Source of the DNA: Octopus vulgaris
Lineage: Eukaryota
Assembly (NCBI GenBank): GCA_951406725.2
Contig: OX597836.1
Coordinates: 38,936,001 to 39,000,000 of the forward strand
Direction: 5' to 3'
DNA length: 64,000 nucleotides
A program made the position numbers and the translations under genes. Below, piece by piece: positions 25,413 through 40,290 of this stretch. Positions within the stretch are counted from its first letter, which is position 1, and each line of letters starts with the position of its first letter. A model generated the notes under the pieces. It was given only the letters and a program-made list of their open reading frames with translations. It searched no databases and was not told where the DNA came from.

Positions 25413-26347
25413 CTTGTTTGTCCCCTCTGTGTTTAGCCCCTTGTGAGTAGTAAAGAAATAGGTATTTCGTCTGTTTTAAGGCGGCGAGCTGGTAGAAACG
25501 TTAGGAAACCGGGCGAAATGCTTAGCGGTATTTCGTCTGCCGTTACGTTCTGAGTTCAAATTTCCCCGCAGTGAAATATCTAGAGTCAATATTCGCTCTA
25601 CAATACTATTATATATGACTGCCAATTATATAAGATCTTCAGTTTTGAACAATTTTCCATATAATATTATTGATCAACGCATTTTCCTCCGATGATTAAA
25701 AAGGTCTCAAGAGTTTTGCCGCATTTCATTTTCTGTGTATCTAAATAAATAGGTATGATAGTAAATTATTTCCGTGAATTTCCTTTTGATCATACCACTA
25801 TAGCGCATTTAAGTGAAGTCACTTTGTCTTTGATTTCGTCCCGCAGTCAAAATTTTCAAAAATAAAGCACTCAAACCTTTGTCATGACTGGTAGATGTTT
25901 TATATTCTTGTTTATATCTTATTATTATATCATATCATTAAGGCAAGGCGGTGAGTAGGCAGAATCGTGAGCAGGTTGAACGAAAACGCTTAGCGGCATT
26001 CCTTCCGTCTTTAAGTTATGAGTTCAAACTCCGCCGAGGTCGACTTTGCCTTTTATCCTTTCGGGGTGGATTAAATAAGTACCAGTTACGCACTGGGGTC
26101 GATGTAATCGACTTAATCCGTTTGTCTGTCCTTGTTTGTCTCCTCTGTGTTTAGCCTCTTGTGTGTAGTAAAGAAATAGGTATTTCGTCTGTCTTTACGT
26201 TCTGAGTTCAAACTCCGCCGAGGTCGACATTGCCTTTCATCCTTTTGCGGTCGATATAATAAGTGCCAGTTGAGTACTGAGGTCCAATATAAGCGACTTA
26301 CCATCTCTCTCGAAATTGCTGACATCGTGCCAAAATTTGAAACCAAT
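25413..26347 (+). mobile_element. SINE family A pieces (25413-25570 and a dimer at 25943-26347)
   Basis: Match to family A. Confidence 0.75.
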
Positions 26348-26480
26348 ATGCGTGCGAACGTGTGTGTATGTGTGTTCGTACGTGTGTCGATGTGTGTTTG
26401 TGCTCATGTATGATTAGATGTGTTTTTATTCCAATATATTGTGTGTATGTGTGTGTATGTATGAATGTGTGTTTGTGTGC

Positions 26481-26639
26481 GTGGTAAGTAGCTTGCTTAC
26501 GAACCACATGGTTCCGGGTTCAGTCCCACTGCGTGGAACCTTGGGCAAGTGTCTTCTACCATAGCCTCGGGCCGACCAAAGCCATTTGAGTGGATTTGGT
26601 AGACGGAAACTGAAAGAAGCCTGTCGTATATATGTGTAG

Positions 26640-26671
<32 letters not shown>

Positions 26672-26871
26672 GTTTGTGTGTCTGTGTTTGTCACCCCAAC
26701 ATCGCTTAACAACCGATAGTGATGTGCTTACGTTCCCGTAACTTAGCGGTTCGGCAAAAGACATCGATAGAATAAGTACTAGGCTTCCAAAGAATAAGTC
26801 CTGGGGTGGATTTGCTTGACTAAAGGTGGTGCTCCAGCATGGCCACAGTCAAATGACTGAAACAAGTAAAA
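26481..26871 (+). mobile_element. SINE family B, near full length
   Basis: GTGGTAAGTAGCTTGC..GGTTCAGTCCC..CCTTGGGCAAGTGTCTT..tail. Confidence 0.85.
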
Positions 26872-27312
26872 GGGTAAAAGTGTATATATGTATATGTATA
26901 TATATGTATATATATAAACAAAAGACGAAGGCAGGTGGAATACAAACAAACAATTGTATATAAATGTATGTATATAAGTATATGTATGTGCATGCATGTA
27001 TACATGTGTTTGTGCATGTGTGTTTCTGTTTGAAGGTGTTGTGTCTGTGTGTGTTTACAACCATGTGTAAACGCATCCGTTTCAAAACACAGATTAAATA
27101 AGGATTGGATGAATAGAGTTTAATCTATGGGAATTAATGACAATTATTTAGTTGAAAGCCTTTTTGTAGAAAGACGGCACCATCGCACGATTCTAAGTTC
27201 TATTGAATTTTGGAACATTTCCAACGCGAATTACTTGACACTTTGAAGAAGTGTTTAACTTTGATTTCATTGTGGATCGCATTGTCTTATAGGTGAACCG
27301 AAGTAGAAAAGC

Positions 27313-27621
27313 GTGGTGGTGGTTGGGGTTGTGGTAATGGTGGTTGTGGTTGTGGTGGTGGTGGTTGTGGTGGTGGTGGAAGTGGTTGTGGTGGTGGTGG
27401 TGGCGGTAGTGGTGGTGGTGATGGTAGTAGTTCTGGAGGCTGTAGCGGTGGTGACGGCGGCGGTGGCGTCGGTGGTGGTGGCGGCGGCGGCATCAGTGAT
27501 AGTAGTTGTGGAGGCGGTGGCCGTGGTAGTCGTCATGTTGGTGTTGATGGCGTTGTTGTTGTTGTTTTTGGTGGTGGTGGTGGTGGCGGTGAAGGCGGCG
27601 GCGGCGGTAGTGGTGGTGGTG
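27313..27621. repeat. Imperfect (GGT/GGC/TGT)n tract
   Basis: Direct reading. Confidence 0.9.
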
Positions 27622-27733
27622 AAATAATTGATAGAGAACCAAAGTTATGCAGGTATTTAAGGCGATTTGATTCCGTTTTCACACTTCCATTTAATCAAAT
27701 CCAACCACGACAAAGTAAGTTGTCCACGGATTA

Positions 27734-28429
27734 GTTTGAACTCAGAACGTAGCGGCAGACGAAATACCTATTTCTTTATTACCCACAAGGGGCTAAACAT
27801 AGAGGGGACAAACAAGGACAGACAAAGAGATTAAGTCGATTATATCGACCCCAGTGCGTAACTGGTACTTAATTTATCGACCCCGAAAGGATGAAAGGCA
27901 AAGTCGACCTCGGCGGAATTTGAACTCAGAACGTAGCGGCAGACGAAATACGGCTACGCATTTCGCCCGGCGTGCTAACGTTTCTTATTTCTTTATTGCC
28001 TACAAGGGACTAAACATAGAGGGGACAAAAGAGGACAGACAAAGAGATTAAGTCGATTATATCGATCCCAGTGCGCAACTGGTACTTAATTTATCGACCC
28101 CGAAAGGATGAAAGGCAAAGTCGACCTCGGCAGATCTTGAACTCAGAACGTAACGGCAGACGAAATACGGCTAAGCATTTCGCCCGGCGTGCTAACGTTT
28201 CTTATTTCTTTATTGCCTACAAGGGGCTAAACATTGAGGGGAGAAAAAAGGACAAAGAGAATAAGCCGATTATATCGACCCCATTGCGCAACTGGTACTT
28301 AATTTATCGACCTCGAAAGGATGAAAGGCAAAGTCGACCTCGGCGGAATTTGAACTCAGAACGTAACGGCAGACGAAATACGGCTAAGCATTTCGCCCGG
28401 CGTGCTAACGTTTCTGGCGGCTCACCGCC
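27734..28429 (-). mobile_element. Head-to-tail multimer of SINE family A (3 units plus a partial fourth)
   Basis: GAACTCAGAACGT recurs at ~27739, 27922, 28139 and 28352. Confidence 0.85.
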
Positions 28430-29159
28430 TTATTTTGTCACTGATACTGAAATACAAGGTTGCTGTTTATTAAGAACTGAAGTGTAAAGAGCAATTTTGT
28501 TATTCACATTTCGTGCCTTTTTCTGTTTTTCTGGGCGTTTTTGACTGTTTTATTTTTTTCCTGTTTTTCGTGAATCTACAGGAACGTTAGCAGTTTCTGC
28601 TAATATACAGCGGGAACCTTGTAATTAGTTATCCATTAGTGAAGCAGAAAAATTAACATCAATTTGAAGGTTAATAAGGATAATTGAGTTTGTGGTTATT
28701 GAATAACAATGGAGCGATTTAATTGATTCTTGAATTGTTTTCCTCCAGAGTTTTGATCATAGGAAAATTCTTCAAGAAATCCAAACAACAATTATAAATC
28801 CAAAATAACATCAATGCGTCTGTTTCAGCTTCCCATTCAACGATGTTATCCCACCCGTATATTTGATATTATGAAAGTCATTGATGTAGTTTAGAATCGA
28901 TCACTTTTGAAGACTGGAACATAACTTACAGTTTCCGAAAGACAGACTCCACAATAACAGAAAGGTTAAAATGTGGGGCTTTCTTCAGATCGTAGACCTA
29001 CATTTTAACCTCACTCTGTTAAAGTGTGTTCACTTGAAGTGTATTTATAAATTATATAAAAACATTAGAGTTCTTCCCAACCTTCTTACCTAACAACACA
29101 CAGAACGGTTATAAGACACATACACAGATATATATATATGAATATATATATAAAATACA

Positions 29160-29605
29160 CAGTGAGAGAGGAGTGACGGGGAGAGCTAAAGTGAGGGAGG
29201 GAGGAGGAATGGATGACTGAGAAAAGGAAGGAAAGAGAGAGGGGAATAGGAAGCAAGGAAGGGGGGAAGAGAAGAAGAGAGGGAGAAAAGGAGGGGATTA
29301 GGAGCAAGGGTATGTAAAGAAAGAGCAGGAAGAGAGAGGGTGGAGAAGAGACAGAGAGAGATAAAGGGGCAATATTTAGAAGAGAGAAGGAGAGAGAAGA
29401 GAGGAGAAAAGAGCGAGGGAGAAGGAGGGAGGGAGGAGGGGAGGAGAGTGAGGGAAGAGGAGAAAGAAGGGGAGTGAAGGAGAGAGGGAGGAGAAGAGAA
29501 GGAGTGAGAGAGAGGGAAAGGGAGGGAGGAGAGACAGAGAGAAGGAAACCGAAGAATGGAGAGGGAAGGGGGAGGGAAGGGGGAGAGCGAGGGAGGGCGA
29601 GAGAA
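29160..29605. repeat. Polypurine (GA-rich) low-complexity tract
   Basis: Direct reading. Confidence 0.9.
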
Positions 29606-29639
29606 ATCGAATGACCCGTTGATACATTGTCCATTAATC

Positions 29640-30355
29640 TGCAGATTTCACTTTACCGAGATCAAATCCATTAACATTAAAACGAATAAATTTTACAGAC
29701 CGGTTTCGAGGTAGTTGCGATCACCTCCCGTGTTCGAAGGTTCTATGGACGCAGATTTGTGCGTCATATAGCTATCTAGAGGCGAGCACCTCTCGGAGCT
29801 AATCAACAGCAGCATTCGTCCTATTTCTCCGGACTACCACGTTAGTTTGCAGTTTTGGCCGGTTACTCTCGAGATTCCTCTAATCTGGCCAGCCCCAGGA
29901 AAATCTAAGCTCAGGGCACTAGATCTTTGGAAGAAAGCAAGCGAATGTAATGGGGAAAAAAGGAGAAATGGTAAACAATTAGAAATACAAACAACAGGGC
30001 ATTAACAACAGGTATCTTTCGACTAAAGACAAATGAAATTAAGCTGGTGTCTGTGGAAGTGAAGCTTTACGGAAGGGACATAGACGATAATAGACGATGG
30101 GAGAGAATATAAGAGATGGTAGTCGAACCAAGAAAGGAAGGTCAGGCTTGGCCGAACACCGACCGAGAGGAAGGAGAGGAGAGAGGTAGGGGTAGAGGGA
30201 TTGAAGAATTAGGGAGGAACGAAGAAGAGGGAAAAAAGAGGAAAGGGACAGAGTGAGGTAAAGGCGGGAAAGTGATGAGAATGAAGGGAAGGCCAAGTAA
30301 TGCGAGAGGGGTGGAAGCGAGAAGAAGAAAAGTGGAAGGAACGAAGAGAGTGTCA
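29640..30355 (-). mobile_element. Penelope-like 3' region, group P copy P3
   Basis: Minus strand has a pyrimidine block, CCAGCT, TTTGTCTTTAGTCGAAAGAT, ACATTC, the 10-nt-loop hairpin and GGGGCTGGCC in the same order as 8960-9460. Confidence 0.55.
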
Positions 30356-30562
30356 GACACACACTCACACACATGTGTATATGTATATATATAACATAAG
30401 GGACTAAAGCCATCTGAATATGGCTAGGGACAGGGCAGGATGGTGGGGGTGTTACTGTTGCATTTAGCCCCAGGCGAACATCGACGTCACCAGAAAGGCT
30501 CGACACCGTCACGGTGCCCTTAACCTGCAAAGGGAGGTAATTCCCCGATGAAGCGGAAACCA

Positions 30563-30608
30563 CACACGGACCATGGTTTCAAGGTGTATTGCCTATCGTC
30601 GGCGTGTG
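30563..30608 (-). ncRNA. Type I hammerhead ribozyme fold, CCGACGA core variant
   Basis: CACACG CCGACGA T-AGG-CAATACA-CCT-T GAAA CCATGG TC CGTGTG. Confidence 0.8.
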
Positions 30609-30745
30609 GTAGGCTTCCGCTTCCTCGACGAATTCTCACTCTGCAGGATATTCATATATAGATTTTCAAGCAAAATACATTTGCTTGAAAATCTATATAT
30701 GAATATCCTGCAGAGTGAGAATTCGTCGAGGAAGCGGAAGCCTAC

Positions 30746-30791
30746 CACACGCCGACGATAGGCAATACACCTTGAAACCATGGTCCGTGTG
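30746..30791 (+). ncRNA. Type I hammerhead ribozyme fold, CCGACGA core variant (predicted cleavage after 30785)
   Basis: Same sequence as the minus copy; 6-bp stem I, palindromic CCATGG stem III, GUC triplet. Confidence 0.8.
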
Positions 30792-30988
30792 TGGTTTCCG
30801 CTTCATCGGGGAATTACCTCCCTTTGCAGGTTAAGGGCACCGTGACGGTGTCGAGCCTTTATACGTGAGTATAAATGCAACAGTAACACCCCCACCACCC
30901 TGCCCTGTCCCTAGCCATATTCAGATGGCTTAGTCCCTTATGTTATCGAGCAGTTACTGTCTATATCTCTTTTAGAGAATTATTATTG

Positions 30989-31078
<90 letters not shown>

Positions 31079-31110
31079 GTATATATATATGTATATATAT
31101 ATGTATATGT

Positions 31111-31373
31111 GGAGGCGCAAAGGCCCAGTGGTTAGGGCAGCGGATTCGCGGTTTCGATTCCCAGACCGAGCGTTGTGAGTGTTTATTGAGCGAAAATACT
31201 TAATGCTCCATAAGGTACTCTTTCGCCACAACTTTCTCTCTCTCTTTCGTCTGTTGGCCTGCTCGCCTAGCCAGCGGGGTGGCGTCATTTGAAGGCTAAA
31301 ACAATGTGAAACGCATTGTGACCAGCGATGTGTAACAACATCTGATAGCCTGGTCGATCACGGTGATCACGGC
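31111..31373 (+). mobile_element. SINE family C head with tail type 2
   Basis: GGAGGCGCAAAGGCCCAGTGGTTAGG head; tail TTGGCCTGCTCG..TGATCACG. Confidence 0.8.
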
Positions 31374-31391
31374 GATATATATATATATATC

Positions 31392-31430
<39 letters not shown>

Positions 31431-31571
31431 ATTGTTGTATTTCGGGATGATGTTTTTTTTCTCTAAATAAGCGCACGCACCGTCCCGAAATACAACAATA
31501 TCTGTTTCAAAACACAACTTCACATCAGGGATCTTCCCACAAAAATTCATATACATATATATATATATATA

Positions 31572-31803
<232 letters not shown>

Positions 31804-32249
31804 TCCAAGTATTTCTAAACTCAATATTCGGCACGGTATTTTGAGAGGTACAATATCAGGATAGCCTTTATCTCATAAAACGAGATATCAGGAGATATTT
31901 CATGTGAAGAAAGCTTGTTCGGATATGGTACCCCACAAACTTTTCTACACCGCGTTATTTATAACTTTATCTGATTCGAGTTTCACAGTGAAAATAGTAT
32001 ATCTCATATCTCTCGAAGCTTCTAAATCCTTGCAATGGAATCATGGAAATACAGGCGCACGCACGCTCCACTCCACACACAGAGACACAGACACACACAC
32101 ACACACACACATACACACGTACATATGAATGTATGTTTTAGAAGATAAAGATAATAAATGTTTTATGTTTCCGGTTCCTGAAGTAGTTCAATTCGTGACA
32201 TTTTTCATTGAATTCTCCTACTCAACTACATGATTAAAACTCATGCAAG

Positions 32250-32357
<108 letters not shown>

Positions 32358-32406
32358 GTATATATATATATATATTATATATATGTATTATATATATATG
32401 TATATA

Positions 32407-32546
<140 letters not shown>

Positions 32547-32952
32547 TACACACACATATACATATACATAATACCTATTTATATATATATGTGTGTGTGT
32601 AAATGAATAAGTGTGACAAAAAAGAAATGCATATATACTCACACACACTCACACACTAACATACATACACACACACACATATATATATATATATACACGT
32701 ATGAGTGTGTGTGTGAGTGTGTATGTGAGTGTGTGTGCGTGTGTATGTATGTAAAATTTAGTATAGAACATATATGAGTGAGAATCATAGCAAATCTGTT
32801 GATATTCGTCATTCCAAACACGTTGTTCCAGCTAAATAATTCGTGGTTGACTTTACAATTAGATTCACCCGTCCATCCACCCGTCCGTCCGTCCATCCAT
32901 TCATCAATCTATCCATACGTGCGTATGTAGGTGCGTACATACATACAAACAG

Positions 32953-32994
<42 letters not shown>

Positions 32995-32998
<4 letters not shown>

Positions 32999-33228
32999 TT
33001 CTTTACTGCCCACAAGGGGCTAAACAGAGAGGGAACAAACAAGCACAGACAAAGGGATTAAGTCGATTACATCGACTCCAGTGCGAAACTGGTACCTCAT
33101 TTATCGACCCCGAAAGGATGAAAAGCAAAGTCGACCTCGGCGGAATTTGAACTCTGAACGTAACGACAGACGAAATACTGCTAAGCATTTCGCCCGGCGT
33201 GCTAACATTTCTACCAGCTCGCCGCCTT
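32995..33228 (-). mobile_element. SINE family A, full length
   Basis: Match to 6468-6692. Confidence 0.85.
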
Positions 33229-33299
33229 ATTGCAGCCATCTTAACAAGCTTATTCTTTCAGCATTCATTCACACCTAGCTGTGGACATGCCATTAGAAT

Positions 33300-34970
33300 G
33301 TAAGCTATCTCATCAGAATCATCACACATTCTATATTTTGGTGAATAGTCTTGCTAATCTATCATTACCATGATCCTATTTACTTTGAAGATCTGATCTT
33401 CAGCTGCTAAATCCATTCTTCCGTTTAATTCTTCCATACGCCTTTCTTTAACCAGATGCGGGTATACTTGTCAGCCTTTATCTCTTTTGGCTTTTACAAA
33501 AACATTGAATGAAATTTCTTTTCTTCAATTTTCTATTTTCTTTCTTCTGCTTTTTCCTATTCTCTCCTAGGTTCTACGGTTTCTATTTTCTTTTCTAAAT
33601 AGTGTAATAGATTTGTCTCCAGTTCAACCACATTCGTTAACCTGCTTTCTCTTCATTTTCATTTCCAGTATAAAAATTTCCAAGTGTGATTGAGAATTCA
33701 AGATTTTATGCACTATGAGCTGATTCCTCATTTTCCCATTGATATCCTTCAGTTCGTCTTTCTTCCACTTAATAATTCCTGTGCCGGTCCATTATTAGTG
33801 ATGCTATTCTCAAATAAATTGCTTGTGTAACGTTTCCTGCATTCAGTTATGAGTTTAAGATCTTCGGAAATATTCTTTACTGGCGACTTCCTCCATTTCT
33901 ATATTTTATTGCCTCTCAGTATTCTCCGATATTTATGTTTCTGCTACTTTTAGTAATTTTATATTGTCATCGGATCTATCTATTCCTGCAATTTTTATGA
34001 ATTTTCCCGATTCTTCTCCACATATTTATAATAACACATATCTCAATAATTTCCGAATGTCATTCTAATGTCGCTACTAAATATCCCAGTGGCTTATTCT
34101 AAGGAAACCACTTGATTCTTATCATTTCCATAAAGCTTTAGATCTTCTTTAAATAGCTAATTCCTATTTCTCTATTCTTTATCCTTCCTGAACTTCGTTT
34201 AGTATGATCGACAACAGTATCAGTGAGAATACAAATGAGAGGTTGTCCTCCTTGATAGATTTCTCTTCTGGTTTCTCTATCTGCTAACCTTTTCCCTCCA
34301 GATTTTAACTCTACTCTCTATTATCCCATCGTAATCTTTTTTTTCTTTTTTTCAGTAAGAGGCTAACATTTTTTGGGTTCTAGACCATGTCTAAGCACTT
34401 CTTGATTCACAATTAGAGGACTAGGACATATGCTTTTCTACAACCGAGTCATACGATGCACAAAATTGGTCAATTACTCCCTGCAATTCCTCAAAACTGT
34501 CTTGTCACTAATTAGACTTTCTTTTCTTTGTTTTTTTCTATTTTATTCAACAACTTTCCTTTTCATTAATCATTAGGTGTTTCTCACATACGTCTTGGTG
34601 TATTTCTCTTAAATTATCCTTCTTAAGATTTTCTTAAAAGAAGTAGACATATAATTGGTCGGTCATTTGTCTTTCAGAATCAAACTAGTCTTCTTTTTTG
34701 TTAAATACAGTGGTAAATGTCCTTCTGGCGTGCATCCATTTATTTGTAGTGCTATGGTTTCCTGGAGACTTGTAAATCTTTCAGACAGGAACTCGGTACA
34801 AAATCTGGATATGTATATGTCGTTTAGACTGCTTGCGAATATATACGTTTGTGATGTTAATATCATTCGTTGTCTCAACAGTATCATTGCTTCATCCCTT
34901 ATGAATTTTACCCGTAGAGACCTTAAGCACTTGAAAATGCTTGGTGACCCCATATATATGTAATTCAAAA
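33300..34970 (-). mobile_element. Decayed R4/Dong-clade non-LTR retrotransposon reverse transcriptase
   Basis: Minus-strand motifs in order: LTKKKTSLILKDK, DRPIICL, RREIYQG, LFKEDLKLYGNDKNQVVSL (LFMDDLKLY), IFSSDIRMTFG, NAGNVTQAI, GIIKWKKDELKDINGKMRNQL; many stops. Confidence 0.75.
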
Positions 34971-35331
34971 TATAAACAGTTTTAAACCATAAAATAAATT
35001 TTTATTTTTCAGAATGAAACAAAACTAACAGGAAGATGGAAAATAATGTATGTTTTTGTTTACTTCCACTTTATTTACACAAGTTGAATGCATCCGCTTT
35101 CCTGGTGTCAGCCATTTTTTTTTGTTAGCATTAAAGTTCTCTTTTAAATGTGAATCAGCCTGTACTGGAAATCTACAGTATTTACGTTTTTCTTCAGTCC
35201 GAGATCGGTGTCCAGCGTTTGAATCACCGTCGTTGGCTGCTACCTATTTTACTGTCTCATAAAAGGGAAGTATTTATTAGGTAAGTCAATTGTTTTGTTT
35301 TTTGGGGTGTTTTTTATTTTGTTTTCAGTGA

Positions 35332-35751
35332 GTGTTGCATGAAAGTTACCAGCATGTGGCGAAAAAATATCCTCGCCTCAAACAGATATTTCCTCAGCCG
35401 CCTAGTGTAGCCTTTAGACGGAATAAGAATATAAGAGAATTATTGACCTCTATATCTGACTCCAAGAAAACGAACTTTGGAGTATCTATACGCTGTACCT
35501 TAAAGAACAGCCGCAAGAGAGGTAAGCCCTGTTCATTGTGCAACAATATGAGTGAAGTGAATACCATCAGAAATCATAACAGAAATGTTATGATTTATAC
35601 AGAAGGTGGAACATGTAAAGATTCCCATTTGGTGTACGCTGCAGAATGCACAAAACACAACTTAATTTATGTTGGTTGCACAACGGAAATATTAAACAAA
35701 AGGTTTAATGGGCACAGATTCGACGTCAGGCACAATAACAGAAGGGAATGA
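35332..35751 (+). pseudogene. Penelope-like linker plus truncated GIY-YIG endonuclease
   Basis: IFPQPPSVAFRRNKNIRELL linker, C..CSLC knuckle, CKDSHLVYAAECTKHNLIYVGCTTEILNKRFNGHRFD; C-terminal half of the domain is missing. Confidence 0.85.
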
Positions 35752-36523
35752 GTCAAATGTACAGGAGATGTGAAAACATAATTTTCTCAAACGTTCTGCT
35801 TTCACAATTAAATCTACATTTATTTAATGTTTCATCTTTTCTATATCTGTGTCACTGCATTATTTCTTTTCATTGGTACAGACTAGCGGACAAAACGAAT
35901 CATTATATAAGGTGATTGTCTTTATTGTAAATCAAGAAGCGAGAGGCAGAAAGAGAGAAAGAGAGAGAAAATGAGGGGCTGGAGAGAAACACAAAGGGAT
36001 TGTGAGAGAGAGTGAGAGGGGGGATATTGAAGAAAGGTAAAAAAGAGAAATAAAAAAAGACATATTGGAATTGTTCAATTTATGTTTCCTTTCATTTGAG
36101 TGGTGAGGGGCAAGGCTGATGAAGAAGCCTGAAAGAACAATTAAAAATGTAGTTTGAAAAATTAAATATATCTCTAATTGATATGATATAATTTTCATCT
36201 TTCATTTTAACGAAATGTTTTTTTTTTTATTTTTCGTTACATATTTGATTGCTAAGTACTGGTTATATTATGCTTAAGATTCCTAAAATACAAATGAGAT
36301 AGTACTATACATAATTACCATCAATTTGAAGTTGTTAGACCTTCCTATGGGACATATAAAAATAGAAGATTGCTGGGGCACAGCCTTGAAGGTTTTTACT
36401 CGAACGAATCTACCCTAGCACCTATTTTCTTTTAAAAGCCCAGTACTTATTCTGTCGTTTACTTTCCCTTTGTTAACGAGCGCGTAAACAAGCCAACACT
36501 GTTCGTAAAGCAGTGGTGGTGGA

Positions 36524-36603
<80 letters not shown>

Positions 36604-36899
36604 TAAGTTAGAGGTGTTTAAAACTTCTAAGGGATGGTTAAATCCAAAGGCGTTCCTGGTGATTAGCTGTGTAGGTACAGTCCTTGGTAAAAGGTATACG
36701 GCAGCAGGTAATTCAGTGGATGAACTTTAGTTTAAGTTATATGCAAGACTTATATGCAAGGCATTAACTTAATTAATTTATTGAGCCCGCGAGGATTAAA
36801 AAATTATATCAAGATTTGAGCTCTTAACGTAATGAACCGGAAAAAATATCGCTTGGCATTTTGTCTGGTGTGCTAACGAGTCTTCCAGTTCACCATCTT

Positions 36900-38165
<1,266 letters not shown>

Positions 38166-39301
38166 TCGCCCCCAAGTACAAGACTAGTTCTATATTTATG
38201 AATCCTTGCAAAGGTAAAAAGCGAAGTTGGCCTGGACAAGATTTGAACCCAGAGATGTGAAAGTCAGGAAAGAGCAATGCTGCAATGAATTCCTTCCAAT
38301 TTTCTGACCACGGTTCCACTTGGCTGATGTTATTGAAGACCTTTTAAAAGTGCAAATAATTTTTAGCTCTCGGAAGTTATTCTGGACATAGTTTATTGAA
38401 TATTTAGATAAAAATACCAAATAAACGATTAATTCAGTCGGAGATTGCCCAGAGTAGTCTTTAAATGTTTTACTGTTGAATCCTTTTTGTATAAAAACTC
38501 TGATCATATTGCCTGTCTTCCTCTCAATCTCCAATTTTATTTACTTGTTTACGAGCTTACACAAGTGTTCTTTGATCCATCGTTTATACTGTAGTACAGA
38601 TGAACGAAGGAAGCCTATAGCTTCCGTCTGTGTGTCCGTGAGTGGGTGTTCGAGGCATTATTAATTATTCTATGTGAAAACACAATATATTCTTGGGGAA
38701 ATTTTGCCAAAAATGTAAAATAATCTATAGATCAGTGAAGAAATAATCGATGAAATAATAACTTTGACAATTATCTCCAGACATAAAGTCGTCTGCTGCT
38801 AAACCTATAAACACAAAACAATTTTTTTTTTTTTTTTGAGGGAGAAAGTTCGACAGCGATCGACAAAATTATCTTCCTTTATTTTTTTCGCAACTAACTT
38901 GAAAAGTTATGTATAATTTCCCAAATACTTACGATGACATAAATATATATATATGTATGTATCGATCCTGACTAATTCCGTTAGCGTCTCTAAGTAGAAT
39001 TGATTGTCTGGATTCTAAATCATAGCTGCAGCCGCCATTGTTATCGACGACGGTGAGTTTTCATGGAAGAAGAATATCAGAAGAGTATAGCAATATATAG
39101 GCCAATATAGATTAATATATATTGATATATTCTAACACTGTTTTACAGCAGGAAATATTGATATCAAATTGAATGTTCAGACATGTTTTATTATTTATTT
39201 ATTTATTTAGTTTTCATTCATTCATATATATATATATACATATATATACATACATACAAATATATATATATATACATATACATATATATATATATATGCA
39301 T

Positions 39302-39545
<244 letters not shown>

Positions 39546-39559
39546 ATGTATATGTATAA

Positions 39560-40290
39560 GACATTGTGGAATTGAGGAGTTGATGTAATTAGGAAGGAGC
39601 AGACTGAGAGATATACAAATGTATAGTTTCGTATCTACTATTCAGGAAAAAATTTAAAAAATAGTATATAGTAAAGAATACTAAAGAAAGTAAAAATGAA
39701 TTACAAAGAAAGATAGATATAACGAGAACAATAAATAACAATGCATGGAAATACATAACAGAGAATAGAAGAATAACGATAAATAAATAAAAAAACAGTG
39801 CAGCAGTGGAATATTTCATTATAAAGATAAGCTTATAAGCCTTTGAAGTTTGTGATAGTAACCAACTGTAAAATATGTGTAGAGTAGAATTATCGTTGTA
39901 TAGCCATCAGGGAGAAAAAAGATCTGAAACACGTTGGCAACCAGGTGAATTCCATAGTGTATAGGTAGGTAGTCGGCTAGTAAGGCAGTAGAAAGACACT
40001 TGAGCAAAGAATCTGATGAATGAATTATTGTGAAAACTGCTTTTATTTTGCAGTAATCTCTCTCTGTTACAAGGACTGAGAAGATTTATTGTTAAATCTC
40101 AATGGATAATTCCTTTCAAAAGACCGAAATAGTCTTTTGAATAATAGATTATGTGCATTGGCAAAAAGTGGTTGAGTGTGAATGAGGGCGGGAGGGAGTT
40201 GGGTGGTAAATGAGGAGAATGTGTAAACTTAATGGAATGGACCGTATGTATAGCTGGGGAATATGGTGTTTTACTCTGAGACAATGAGAG
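39560..40290 (-). mobile_element. Heavily decayed Penelope-like 3' region
   Basis: Weak minus-strand traces PSFTLNH (linker start), LVANVF, FTVG..KGL (end of endonuclease), and a degenerate CTGAATA..GAAAC near the TA tract. Confidence 0.35.

Larger units (their letters stand above)
30392..30945. mobile_element. Fold-back Penelope-like element centred at 30677
   Basis: 30494-30674 and 30680-30860 are reverse complements; outer arms 30392-30466 / 30872-30945; a hammerhead in each arm. Confidence 0.8.

Noticed and set aside
27734-28429. Regularly spaced repeats resembling a CRISPR array
   Set aside because: Whole ~215-bp units repeat with no unique spacers; eukaryotic SINE multimer, no cas genes.
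30545-30580. Second hammerhead CCGATGA-AGCG-GAAACC on the plus strand of the left arm
   Set aside because: No stem II or stem I; it is the complement of the extended stem I of the real fold.
30573-30781. Two near-identical 62-aa ORFs on opposite strands
   Set aside because: Direct consequence of the palindrome.
31904-31950. KKACSDMVPH resembling the RT motif KAFDxVPH
   Set aside because: Isolated short match with no neighbouring RT motifs.
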